Counted from the first letter of the stretch, positions 1 to 8,621 are shown. The stretch: DNA of 21,389 bases from Elusimicrobiota bacterium (GCA_037137395.1 JBAXKK010000043.1:1-21389), one strand, 5' to 3'. Notes: generated from the letters alone by a model not told the origin. Made by a program: numbers and translations.

Positions 1-77
1 TGCGACGGAGCACCGACGAGAGATCTCATGCTCATCTTACGATTAGAAAATGCTAAAACCGGCCGGCAGTAATCCTT

Positions 78-105
78 TTGAACGGCGGCGCCTTATTGTT
101 ATAAT
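78..105 (+). promoter_or_regulatory. sigma70-type promoter for the amgK-rapZ/murU operon
   Basis: TTGAAC (78-83), 16-nt spacer, extended -10 TGtTATAAT (97-105); AAGGA SD-like sequence upstream of ATG 144. Confidence 0.65.
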
Positions 106-143
106 GTCAAAGCGTCAGTAAAATCACAATTTAAGGAAATATA

Positions 144-1631
144 ATGCCGACTAAAAAAGCGGAGCTTCAGGCGCCGGAGACAGCTGCGACACCGGAAGAT
201 AATCTCAACGCCCTTTTTAAAAAAACTTTCGGTTCCGCTCCCGAATCCGTCACCCCGCTTAAGGGCGATGGTTCCACCAGGCGTTTGTTCCGCCTGAGCG
301 GAGCGGGTCGCTCGGTCATAGGGGCCGTCGGACCGGATAAGCTGGAGAACGCCGCCTTTGTCGAGTTCTCGAAACATTTCAGGAAGGAGGGCCTGCCTGT
401 GCCTGAGATCTACGCCTGCGAGCCTTCCCAAAATATATATCTGGAAGAGGATCTCGGGGATATGACGCTTTTTCAGTTCCTGCTAAAGGAGCGCTCCGGT
501 TCCGACCTGCCGGCCTCCGTGAAGGCGGCGTATAAAAAGACGCTGGAATGGCTGCCGCGTTTTCAGATGCAGGCTGGCCGCACACTGGATTATAAATATT
601 GTTATCCGCGCGACAGCTTCGACCGCCAGTCCATAATGTGGGATCTGAATTATTTCAAATATTATTTTCTCAGGCTCTCAAAGGTTCCGTTCAACGAGGC
701 TAAGCTGGAGGACGATTTCAGCGCCCTGACCGATTTCCTGCTCGAGGCCGACACTTCTTATTTCATCTACCGGGATTTCCAGTCAAGGAATATCATGCTC
801 AGGGGCGGGGAGCCGTGTTTTATAGATTACCAGGGCGGCCGCAGAGGGGCCCTGCAGTATGACGCGGCCTCGCTGCTATACGACGCCAAGGCTGATATCC
901 CGCCCGAGACCAGGCTTGAGCTCCTGGAGCATTATCTTAAAGCCGCCAAGGCCGCCGGCCAGGTGGACAAAACCGTTTTTATGCGGCATTTCTACGCGTA
1001 CGTATACATAAGAATAATGCAGGCGCTGGGCGCCTATGGCCTGCGCGGCTTCTACGAAGGAAAGACCCATTTTCTTCAAAGCGTGCCTTACGCCGTTAAA
1101 AATATTGAGTGGCTGCTCAGAAACGCTGATGTGCCCGTAAAGCTGCCGGAGCTGACCCGCATATTTAAAAGTATGACGGCGTCCTCGTACCTGCGGCAGT
1201 TTGGCGCCGGCAAGCTGGGGCTGACCGTGCGCGTTTCAAGTTTTTCCTACCGCAAGGGTCTGCCGTCCGACGAAAGCGGCCACGGCGGAGGTTTTGTTTT
1301 TGACTGCCGTTATCTGCCGAATCCCGGCCGCGAGGAAAAGTTCGCGCCGCTGACCGGCAAGGACGCGGAGATTCAGGCGTATCTGGCCGAAAAGCCGCAG
1401 GTGGGAGAATTTTTGAAAGGGGTGTTCGCGCTGGTTGACGCAGCCGCGGAAAACTATCAGTCCCGCAACTTTACCGACTTGATGGTTTCATTCGGCTGCA
1501 CCGGTGGCCGGCACCGCTCGGTCTATTGCGCCGAACAGCTTAAGAAGCATCTCATGGAAAAGTATAAAATTAAAGTCGAGCTCTCTCACCGGCAGCTGGA
1601 AGGTTTATCCAAAGAAATACCGCTCACATAA
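144..1631 (+). CDS. AmgK-like (APH/choline-kinase fold) anomeric sugar kinase fused to a C-terminal RapZ-type domain
   Basis: N-terminal GDGSTRRLFRL, YRDFQSRNIM and IDYQG kinase motifs; C-terminal SFSYRKGLP...FVFDCRYLPNP...FGCTGGRHRSV typical of the RapZ C-terminal domain; adjacent to a MurU-like gene. Confidence 0.85.
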   Translation: MPTKKAELQAPETAATPEDNLNALFKKTFGSAPESVTPLKGDGSTRRLFRLSGAGRSVIGAVGPDKLENAAFVEFSKHFRKEGLPVPEIYACEPSQNIYLEEDLGDMTLFQFLLKERSGSDLPASVKAAYKKTLEWLPRFQMQAGRTLDYKYCYPRDSFDRQSIMWDLNYFKYYFLRLSKVPFNEAKLEDDFSALTDFLLEADTSYFIYRDFQSRNIMLRGGEPCFIDYQGGRRGALQYDAASLLYDAKADIPPETRLELLEHYLKAAKAAGQVDKTVFMRHFYAYVYIRIMQALGAYGLRGFYEGKTHFLQSVPYAVKNIEWLLRNADVPVKLPELTRIFKSMTASSYLRQFGAGKLGLTVRVSSFSYRKGLPSDESGHGGGFVFDCRYLPNPGREEKFAPLTGKDAEIQAYLAEKPQVGEFLKGVFALVDAAAENYQSRNFTDLMVSFGCTGGRHRSVYCAEQLKKHLMEKYKIKVELSHRQLEGLSKEIPLT

Positions 1632-1638
1632 GGAACCG

Positions 1639-2385
1639 ATGAAAGCTATGATACTGGCCGCGGGGCTCGGCGCGCGGTTAAGGCCGCTTACCGATACGGT
1701 ACCAAAAGCCCTTGTGGACCTCGGCGGTGCGCCCATGCTGGAGATAGTGTTGAAGCGCCTCTCCGACGCCGGCGTAACTGAAGTTATAATCAACGCTCAT
1801 CACCTGGCCGATAAGCTCACGGATTTTTTGAAGAATAGGAGCGGCGCCGGTCTTAAGATTGAGATATCGCGGGAAGTGTTTTTTCCGCTGGAGACCGGGG
1901 GCGGGGTTAAGAAAGCAGCCTGGTTTTTAAAGGATGGCGGACCTTTTTTTCTTTATAATTGCGACGTCCTGACCGATATGGATCTTAAGGCTATGATGGC
2001 CGGCCATTTAAAAAACGGGGCGTTGGCCACGGTAGCCGTTAAGGAGCGCCCGTCGGCGAGGCAGCTGGTCTTTGACGCGGAGATGAATCTTAGAGGACGG
2101 ATTAATTCCAATAATCCCGCTGTTCAATGGGCCGGCGATCCGTTAAAGGATCCCGTCATGCTCGCTTTTAGCGGCGTGCATGTTATCTCGCCGGAGATCT
2201 TCCCGCTTATGACCGAGTCCGGTGTCTTTTCGATAGTGGATGTCTACCTTCGACTGGTCAAAGCGGGAAATAAAATAAAAGGTTTCCGCATGGACGGGTG
2301 TTATTGGCAGGATATCGGCAATATCGAAAAACTTGAAGCGGCAAGGCGGCATATGACCGAACAAAAAAAAGTGGCTAGTGATTAG
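1639..2385 (+). CDS. murU: N-acetylmuramate alpha-1-phosphate uridylyltransferase (MurU-like nucleotidyltransferase)
   Basis: MKAMILAAGLGARLRPLTDTVPKAL NTP-transferase signature, LETGGG and WQDIG; start moved to ATG 1639 after AAGGA; directly follows the amgK-like gene. Confidence 0.8.
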   Translation: MKAMILAAGLGARLRPLTDTVPKALVDLGGAPMLEIVLKRLSDAGVTEVIINAHHLADKLTDFLKNRSGAGLKIEISREVFFPLETGGGVKKAAWFLKDGGPFFLYNCDVLTDMDLKAMMAGHLKNGALATVAVKERPSARQLVFDAEMNLRGRINSNNPAVQWAGDPLKDPVMLAFSGVHVISPEIFPLMTESGVFSIVDVYLRLVKAGNKIKGFRMDGCYWQDIGNIEKLEAARRHMTEQKKVASD

Positions 2386-2401
2386 TGGTTAGTGACTAGT
2401 G
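2371..2401. repeat. degenerate heptamer tandem array (GTGRYTA x4) overlapping the murU stop
   Basis: gtggcta gtgatta gtggtta gtgacta gtg. Confidence 0.8.
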
Positions 2402-2428
2402 CGCTGAAGGCTGACTGATTGCGCTCAC

Positions 2429-4170
2429 TTACCTTGCGGTTCTTTCCAGCAGTTTTACCCTTTCTAAATTTATGGCCGCGCTTTTGGAGGCGGGGTCCAT
2501 CTCAAGCGCTTTTTTAAATAAGTCTCCGGCCGCGCCGTAGCGGCCGCTCTTCGCGTTTATTATTCCAGCGTTGGTAAGCGCCTCCGAATTGTAAGGGTTC
2601 AGGCGGAGCAGCGCTTCGTAAACTGACAGCGCTTGTGCTTCATCGCCCCGCTTCAGGTATAGCCCGGCCAGAGCGGAGTAGGCTGGCTCGCTGCCGGGAG
2701 CTTTCTCAACGGAACGACTGAGCAGCAGTTCCGCCGCTGGGAAATTTTTTTCTTCCATCAGCACGCAGGCCTTATTAAAGAGAGCTTCCGCGTTGTCGGG
2801 GCGACGGACCAGAATCCGATCCATAAGGGCCGAGGCTTCCTTCCTGGAGCCGGTGTTCCACAGGCTCAGCGCCAGGCCGTTCTGATACATGATATTGTCC
2901 GGATCCAGGCCTGAAATACGTTCCAGTATCGCCCTGCTTCTCCCAAATTGTCCCGCCAGATAATATTCCCGCGCCAGATTATAAAGCATCGGTTTTGAGC
3001 TCGAATAGCGGGCGGCATGCTCATATATCTTCAGGTCGGTGGAGCGCAGGCGGATGTTGGCGTTGGCCGCGGTGATCCAGAAAAAAGCGAGCGCCCCCGC
3101 GCAGGCGGCCGCCGCCGTCCTTTTCAGGCCGCCGCTTTTCAGGCCGCGCGCGAATAGCACGGCCGCGCCGGCGTAAAGCCCCAGATTGGCGAGATAAGTC
3201 CAGTGCTCCAGCATCAGGTTTCCGCCGGCCAGCAGCGGAAGCTTCGGCGCGAGGTTGATAAGATACCATCCGAAAACAAACAACGCCGCGCGCGGCCGGT
3301 ATTTAAGCAGGGCCGTCAGTAACAGGCCCCAGAAGGCGTAAGCCGCGTAGAACCACGGCGCAAAATTGGGCTGCAGTCTGTGCGAATGCATGTTAAGAGG
3401 CAGAAAAGCGTTCTTTATGTAAACGAGGGCCGTCGCCGGCAGTTTGCCGGCGGTTTGAAATAAAAAGGCCGTCACTCCGGTCTCTAAAGTTCCGGCTCCG
3501 GTGGCGGCGCTCCTTAACCAAAGGTATAAGGGAATCGGTAAAAGGAAAAACAATAGTTTCAGATATTCCTTTTTGTCTTTCCGCAGATACCAGAGAGAAA
3601 ACGCCGTAAGAACAGGGGTGATGATGCCGTTTTCTTTGAAGCCGAGGGCCGCAAGAAAAGCGAGGAAAGAAAAAAATATTTTTTCCGCAGGAAAAGCAGG
3701 ACCGAGGCCAGGGTAAAGGCGGAAGTTGCCAACTCAGCCCTTCCGGCCACTATAATAAGCTGTTCAATGACCGTCGGGTTTACGGCGAACAGCAGGGCCG
3801 TAAGAAAGGCCGCCGAGCCGCTTAAGCCCAGCTCTCCCATTAACGCAAAAACAAGCAGGGACGCCGCGGCATGGAATAATATATTTGTGAGATGATAGCC
3901 GAAGGGGTCAAGGCGCCAGAGAGAGAAATCCAGCATATTGCTTAAGGTCTGGAAGGGGCGGTAATAATTCAGGGCCTGGTTGAACGGGTCCGAGAGGAAC
4001 GCGTGTCGGAGATTGGCCATGGTCCAGCTTTTTATGTATGGGTTTGCCTCTATGAATTGGTGATCGTCCCAGATAAAGCCGAGATGCAGGGTTGCTCCGA
4101 AAGCGGCAAAGACCGCGAGCAGCAGGGCTGCCGCGATAAGTTTGTTCTTATGCTTTAAAATAGTTTCCAT
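2429..4170 (-). pseudogene. TMTC-like GT-C membrane glycosyltransferase with C-terminal TPRs, split by a single-base frameshift near 3670
   Basis: The 5' ORF (4170-3559) has GFIWDD, YYRP, YHLTNILFH and GRAEL motifs. Adding one T to the T7 run (A7 at 3670-3676 on +) gives YFFSFLAFLAALGFKENGII..., open into the 3553-2429 ORF with EHWTYL and TPR repeats. Joined product would be 580 aa. Confidence 0.8.
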
Positions 4171-4177
4171 AAGGAGC

Positions 4178-4513
4178 CCAAATCCTCCGCTAAGGTAAGA
4201 ATAAAACTAAGACAGGTGTAATGTTGGAGCGGGTGACGGGGGATCTGGGTTAGCAAAACCCTCCGGAATGGAGTCCGCCGAAGGCGGACGACAGTTCTTC
4301 GCCTGAGGCTTGCGCAGCGACGAAGGCGAGGGCGGGAGTAGCGGCCACGGTGTGGCCGACTACGGTTTTGCGTTCCAGGCCCCCGGCAGGCCCTGCGAAC
4401 CATAAGATGCTAATCAAAGATTATGCCTCCCTCCTCAATCGGGTGAAACATCTCCGCTATGCATCCGAATGTCGGCGGAGGATTTGGTGGGAGCCCGCCC
4501 CTTTAGCTGCGGG
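4178..4513 (-). ncRNA. unclassified highly structured element (long 5' leader, ncRNA or MITE-like) containing a tRNA-Gly-like 3' end
   Basis: 13-bp perfect inverted repeat 4178-4190/4475-4487; nested stems 4253-4260/4364-4371, 4273-4289, 4298-4304/4324-4330 and 4342-4358; the minus strand reads CCCCGTCACCCGCTCCA ending at 4225. Confidence 0.5.
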
Positions 4514-4523
4514 ACGATAATCA

Positions 4524-4553
4524 AGTATACTTTAAGGATAGCAGATCGGGCAA
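4524..4553 (-). promoter_or_regulatory. possible sigma70 promoter firing into the structured element and the TPR gene
   Basis: Minus strand TTGCCC (4553-4548), 18 nt, TATACT (4529-4524); the palindrome AAGTATACTT also supplies a + strand -10 for the methyltransferase. Confidence 0.4.
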
Positions 4554-4584
4554 GCGCGGCAAGGATTCCCCAAACAAACAGTTT

Positions 4585-5352
4585 ATGCCAGAACATAAAA
4601 TCCCCGATGGTTCCGAGATTTATGGCGACGCCGTCCTTTACGACGCCGAAGATAAGCAGTCGCAGAATGACCTGCCTTTTTATCTTGCCGCCGCCAGGCG
4701 CGCGCGCGGCCCCGTGCTGGAGCTGGCATGCGGCACAGGCAGGCTCACCCTCGCGCTTGCCCGGGCAGGCATAGATATCACCGGCCTTGATATTTCCGCT
4801 CCAATGCTCGCGCTAGCCAAAAAGAAGGCCGGCAAAGAGGGTTTGCGGGTGGCTTTGGTGAAGGGCGACATAAGGTCCTTCCGGCTCAAAAAGGAGTTTA
4901 AACTGATATTTATCCCGTTCAATTCAATGCAGCATCTGGCGGACAGGGGCGGCCTGGAAAAATTTTTTGCTTCGGTGCGCGCCCATCTCGCGCCGGGGGG
5001 GCGGTTCATCCTGGATGTTTTTAACCCTCACCCGGGCCACTTTGTGAGGGACGCGGAAGAGCTGCTGCCGGTGTCCTGCTATAAGGACCCGCGCGGCAAA
5101 GAGCAAATCTTGGTGGAAGAGCAGTGTTCTTACGACAGGGCCTCACAGGTCTCCCGCATAACCTGGCATTACACCCGCGGCAGGAGGCGGTTCGCTTCCA
5201 GGCATCTCAATATGCGCTGTTTTTTCCCGGTTGAGTTGGACGCCATGCTCCACTACAACGGTTTTAAAGCTCTCAAGAAATACGGAGATTTCGAGCGCGC
5301 CCCTTTTGCCTCTGCCAGTCCAAAACAGATAATTATCTGTCGGAAAGCCTGA
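4585..5352 (+). CDS. class I SAM-dependent methyltransferase
   Basis: Motif I VLELACGTGRL, GLDISAPML, HLAPGGRFILD. Confidence 0.9.
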   Translation: MPEHKIPDGSEIYGDAVLYDAEDKQSQNDLPFYLAAARRARGPVLELACGTGRLTLALARAGIDITGLDISAPMLALAKKKAGKEGLRVALVKGDIRSFRLKKEFKLIFIPFNSMQHLADRGGLEKFFASVRAHLAPGGRFILDVFNPHPGHFVRDAEELLPVSCYKDPRGKEQILVEEQCSYDRASQVSRITWHYTRGRRRFASRHLNMRCFFPVELDAMLHYNGFKALKKYGDFERAPFASASPKQIIICRKA

Positions 5353-5366
5353 AAAACATAAAATTG

Positions 5367-5395
5367 TTGAAAAATAGCGTCGAATTTGGTATCCT
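5367..5395 (+). promoter_or_regulatory. sigma70 promoter of the rpsF operon
   Basis: TTGAAA (5367-5372), 17 nt, TGgTATCCT (5387-5395). Confidence 0.6.
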
Positions 5396-5404
5396 TAATC
5401 TACT

Positions 5405-5710
5405 ATGACCACATATGAGTTAATGCTTATTATAAATCCTCAGGTTTCCGATGCGGAAGCCGGCGAGATTGTTGAAAAGGCCAAAAAGATCATAACCGAT
5501 GAAAAGGCCGAAGTTCTCAATGAAGACAGGCTCGGCAGAAAAAAATTCTCCCACCCTGTGGGCAAGAACAGAGACGGCTTTTATGTTTATATGAAAGTCA
5601 AAGCCGCTCCCGAAGCCGTGAAGAACATCAATCATAATCTCAAGCTTCAGGAATCTATCCTGAGAAACATGATGCTCAAGATGGTGATTGAGCCCGTAAA
5701 GAAGGCCTGA
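5405..5710 (+). CDS. rpsF: 30S ribosomal protein S6
   Basis: YELMLIINP, LGRKKFSHPV, GFYV, ILR motifs; rpsF-ssb-rpsR synteny. Confidence 0.95.
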   Translation: MTTYELMLIINPQVSDAEAGEIVEKAKKIITDEKAEVLNEDRLGRKKFSHPVGKNRDGFYVYMKVKAAPEAVKNINHNLKLQESILRNMMLKMVIEPVKKA

Positions 5711-5736
5711 CAGTCTGAATTGCCAAGGGGGAATTT

Positions 5737-6174
5737 ATGAATATCAGGATTCCCGAACAGAATAATGTTCTGATTTCCGGCCGTCTGACCCGTGATCCGG
5801 ATATCCGCTACACCCAGAAAGGTATGGGTGTCTGCAGTTTTGATGTCGCCGTGAACCGGCGTTACAAAGATCTGGCCACCGGGGAATGGAAGGACGATAC
5901 GACCTATGTGCCGGTCACCGTCTGGGGCCCGATGGGCGAGAAGTGCAAAGAGCGCGCTAAAAAAGGCAGCCCGGTATACGTGGAAGGGCGCTTGTCTAAC
6001 GCCGAGTACACGGATAAGACCGGGCAGAAACGCAAAGTGATGAGAGTTGTGGCCAAGAGAGTACAGTTTTTGGCCGCGGCCACTCCGGGGGAAGGTCCCG
6101 AAGCTCCGGAAACCTCCGAAGCCGTCTCCGATAAGGCCGCTGACGCGTCAGGGATAGACGAAGTTCCGTTTTAA
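5737..6174 (+). CDS. ssb: single-stranded DNA-binding protein
   Basis: GRLTRDPDIRYT, KGSPVYVEGRL, acidic C-terminal tail DEVPF. Confidence 0.97.
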   Translation: MNIRIPEQNNVLISGRLTRDPDIRYTQKGMGVCSFDVAVNRRYKDLATGEWKDDTTYVPVTVWGPMGEKCKERAKKGSPVYVEGRLSNAEYTDKTGQKRKVMRVVAKRVQFLAAATPGEGPEAPETSEAVSDKAADASGIDEVPF

Positions 6175-6195
6175 CTATACAAAGAGGAATAAACT

Positions 6196-6513
6196 ATGAC
6201 AAACGAACCAAGAAAAGAATTTAACAGCTCCGATTCTCCGTCGGCGGCTCCCCGGCCCGCCAGAGAAGACGGCGCCCGGCGCCCCTTCGGCCCCCGCAAG
6301 CACTTCGCTCCCAGAAGGAAGGTTTGCCGGCTCTGCGCCGAAAAAGTCGCGCACATGGACTATAAGCAGGTCCAAATCGTTAAAAGCTTTTGCAGCGACG
6401 GCGGCAAGATCCTTTCCAGAAGAATAACCGGCGCCTGCGCCAAACACCAGCGTCAGATAGCCAAGGCGGTGAAGGTGAACAGAAACCTCGCCATCATGCC
6501 TTATTCAGGCTGA
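6196..6513 (+). CDS. rpsR: 30S ribosomal protein S18 (Zn-binding C+ type, N-terminal extension)
   Basis: CRLC...DYK...GKILSRRITGACAKHQR. Confidence 0.97.
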   Translation: MTNEPRKEFNSSDSPSAAPRPAREDGARRPFGPRKHFAPRRKVCRLCAEKVAHMDYKQVQIVKSFCSDGGKILSRRITGACAKHQRQIAKAVKVNRNLAIMPYSG

Positions 6514-6637
6514 CGGATAAGCGAAGTAATTAACGATTAGGGCGCGACGGTGCGGTAAGGTTGCGGCCAGAAAAACACGGAATTCAGCGGTTGATCCTGT
6601 TTATAACAACGACCAGTTTAATTAATGGAGCCCCACA

Positions 6638-7087
6638 ATGAAAGTGATACTTAAAAAAGATATAGCGAATCTCGGTAAAACCGGCGAGATCAAAACTGTG
6701 CGCGACGGCTATGGCCGTAACTTCCTTATGCCGCGCGGCCTGGTGGAAGCTGCCACTCCCGGGGCCATGAAAGCCTGGAAGAACAGCGAGGATAAAAGAG
6801 GCCGCAGGGTCACGGCTGAGAACGCTGGCCTTCAGGAGTTGGTTAAGAAAATTTCCGGTATCACTCTTTCCTTCTCCAGACCCGTCTCCGAAGATGGAGC
6901 CATGTTCGGCTCTGTCGCCAAAAGCGATATCATGAAGAACCTGGCCGCCGCCGACATTGAAATCCACAAGGATATGATCAAACTGCCGGCTTCCATCAAG
7001 GCAGTAGGCGTTTTCGAAGTTGACATCGCGCTCAAGCCGGAGATTGTGGCCAAAGTCAAGATTACCGTCACCGCTCAAAACAAGTAG
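6638..7087 (+). CDS. rplI: 50S ribosomal protein L9
   Basis: MKVILKKDIANLGKTGEIKTVRDGYGRNFLMP, MFGSV. Confidence 0.97.
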   Translation: MKVILKKDIANLGKTGEIKTVRDGYGRNFLMPRGLVEAATPGAMKAWKNSEDKRGRRVTAENAGLQELVKKISGITLSFSRPVSEDGAMFGSVAKSDIMKNLAAADIEIHKDMIKLPASIKAVGVFEVDIALKPEIVAKVKITVTAQNK

Positions 7088-7109
7088 AAATCCGGTTTAC
7101 CGGATTTTT
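7088..7109 (+). terminator. intrinsic terminator after rplI
   Basis: AAATCCGG-TTTA-CCGGATTTTT hairpin directly after the stop. Confidence 0.6.
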
Positions 7110-7112
7110 ACC

Positions 7113-7214
7113 GCTATATGCTATAGGCTATAAGCTTTCATCCATACGCCATACGGCTTTTACCTGGTTTTTGCATATGGCCTAAAGCCTACAGCCTACG
7201 GCCTACGGCAATAG
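7113..7214. repeat. two blocks of degenerate heptamer tandem repeats between rplI and dnaB
   Basis: gctatat gctatag gctataa gctttca tccatac gccatac (7113-7154); gcatatg gcctaaa gcctaca gcctacg gcctacg gcaatag (7173-7214). Confidence 0.85.
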
Positions 7215-7229
7215 TCGCACCTTAAATTT

Positions 7230-8621
7230 ATGACTTACGCAAAGGTTTCGCCGCATTCCATTGAGGCAGAAATGGCCGTTTTGGGGGCCATGCTTATTGA
7301 GAAGGAAGTCATAGGCACCGTCACCGAGATCATCCAGCCCAAACATTTCTATAGCGATATTCACCGCAGGATATACGAGGCCATAACCGATCTCTATAAC
7401 CGCAACCAGCCGGTGGACATCGTCACGCTTTCCGAAGTTCTTAAAAAAAATAACAAATTAGAAGAGCTGGGCGGACAAAAATATCTTTCCGACCTGATGG
7501 AGAAGGTTTCCACCGCGGCGCACACCCAGGCGTACGCCCAGTTGGTCAAGGAAAAATCACTGTTGCGCGATCTTATCCGCGTTTCCACTTCCGTTATAGA
7601 GAAATCCTTTGAAAATTCCGAAGAGGTGGAAGACATCCTGGATTACGCCCAGGAGCAGATAATATCGGTGGCCGAGACCAACACTGACCATGGTTTTTCC
7701 TCGGCGCAGGACCTGGCGCACGAGGTGCTGGAGCGGCTTGAAAAAGCGCACGGAGAAAAGAGTAATGTCACCGGCGTGCCGACCGGCTTCCACCGCCTTG
7801 ACGACATGACCGCGGGTTTCCAGAAGTCCGACCTGATAATACTGGCGGCCCGCCCAAGCCAGGGCAAAACCGCGATGGCTTTGAACATGGCTTATCACGC
7901 CGCGGTGGACGACACCAGCAAACCGCAAATCCCCGTGGCGATATTCTCTCTCGAGATGGATAAGCACGCTATCTTTCAGCGCATGCTTTGCGCCGCGGCC
8001 GGGGCCGATCTGGCCAAGGTGCGCAAAGGCTTTTTCCCAAGGGAAGTGTGGAGCGATTTGACCAGGTTTTCCGCTAAAATAGCCGCCGCGCCGCTTTGGA
8101 TAGATGATTCTCCCGGCCTGAATATCCTGGATATCCGCGCCCGCATCCGCAAACTGCAGAGCCAGCTTAAAGCCCAGAACAAAACCCTGGGCCTGATAAT
8201 CATCGACTATTTGCAGCTCATTCGGGGTACCGGCCGGCTCGAAAGCCGTCAGCAGGAAGTTTCAGAAATTTCCCGGCTTTTAAAGGACCTGGCGCGATCA
8301 ATGAAAGTTCCCGTGCTCGCGCTTTCGCAGCTTAATCGCAAGAATATGGATCAGGCCAGAGCCGGGAACCGGCCTCAGCTTTCCGACCTGCGCGAGTCGG
8401 GTTCCCTTGAGCAGGACGCCGATGTTGTGGGCCTTATATATCGCGAAGAAACTTACAAGCAGGATGACCCGACCTTAAAGAACCAGGCCACGCTGATCAT
8501 CGCCAAACAGCGCAACGGTCCCGTGGGCGATGTGCCGCTTTATTTCAGGCCGGAACTGACCAGGTTTGAAAATCCGCAGATGCCGGGAGTCGATACCTTC
8601 GCGGAAGAGGCGATATTATAA
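7230..8621 (+). CDS. dnaB: replicative DNA helicase
   Basis: PHSIEAEMAVLGAML, Walker A AARPSQGKT, IIDYLQL, LSQLNR, DLRESGSLEQDAD, AKQRNGP; no intein. Confidence 0.98.
   Translation: MTYAKVSPHSIEAEMAVLGAMLIEKEVIGTVTEIIQPKHFYSDIHRRIYEAITDLYNRNQPVDIVTLSEVLKKNNKLEELGGQKYLSDLMEKVSTAAHTQAYAQLVKEKSLLRDLIRVSTSVIEKSFENSEEVEDILDYAQEQIISVAETNTDHGFSSAQDLAHEVLERLEKAHGEKSNVTGVPTGFHRLDDMTAGFQKSDLIILAARPSQGKTAMALNMAYHAAVDDTSKPQIPVAIFSLEMDKHAIFQRMLCAAAGADLAKVRKGFFPREVWSDLTRFSAKIAAAPLWIDDSPGLNILDIRARIRKLQSQLKAQNKTLGLIIIDYLQLIRGTGRLESRQQEVSEISRLLKDLARSMKVPVLALSQLNRKNMDQARAGNRPQLSDLRESGSLEQDADVVGLIYREETYKQDDPTLKNQATLIIAKQRNGPVGDVPLYFRPELTRFENPQMPGVDTFAEEAIL

Noticed and set aside
1..72. 3' end of an upstream CDS
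   Set aside because: Too short to assign a frame or product
1504..1638. N-terminal extensions predicted for murU (1504), alr (8566), mlaD (11358), ispDF (15415) and MNT (21196)
   Set aside because: They overlap upstream genes, repeats or operators; family-typical N-termini begin at downstream ATGs
4225..4300. A second tRNA-Gly gene on the minus strand
   Set aside because: Only the 3' acceptor-side segment is present; there is no TTCGA loop, anticodon arm or matching 5' strand
4178..4513. RNase P RNA, tmRNA, SRP or 6S RNA as the identity of the structured element
   Set aside because: No GAGGAAAGUCC or terminal P4 motif, no matching tmRNA 5'/3' tRNA-like domain with a T loop, no SRP helix-8 motif, and a multibranch rather than rod-like fold
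4494..4513. IS200/IS605-like end hairpin, and a 10-mer GCCCCTTTAG shared with 20035-20044
   Set aside because: No TnpA or TnpB in the window; a 10-nt match within 21 kb is expected by chance
6514..6637. 124-nt rpsR-rplI gap as a regulatory RNA or small ORF
   Set aside because: No convincing stem, repeat or ORF was seen
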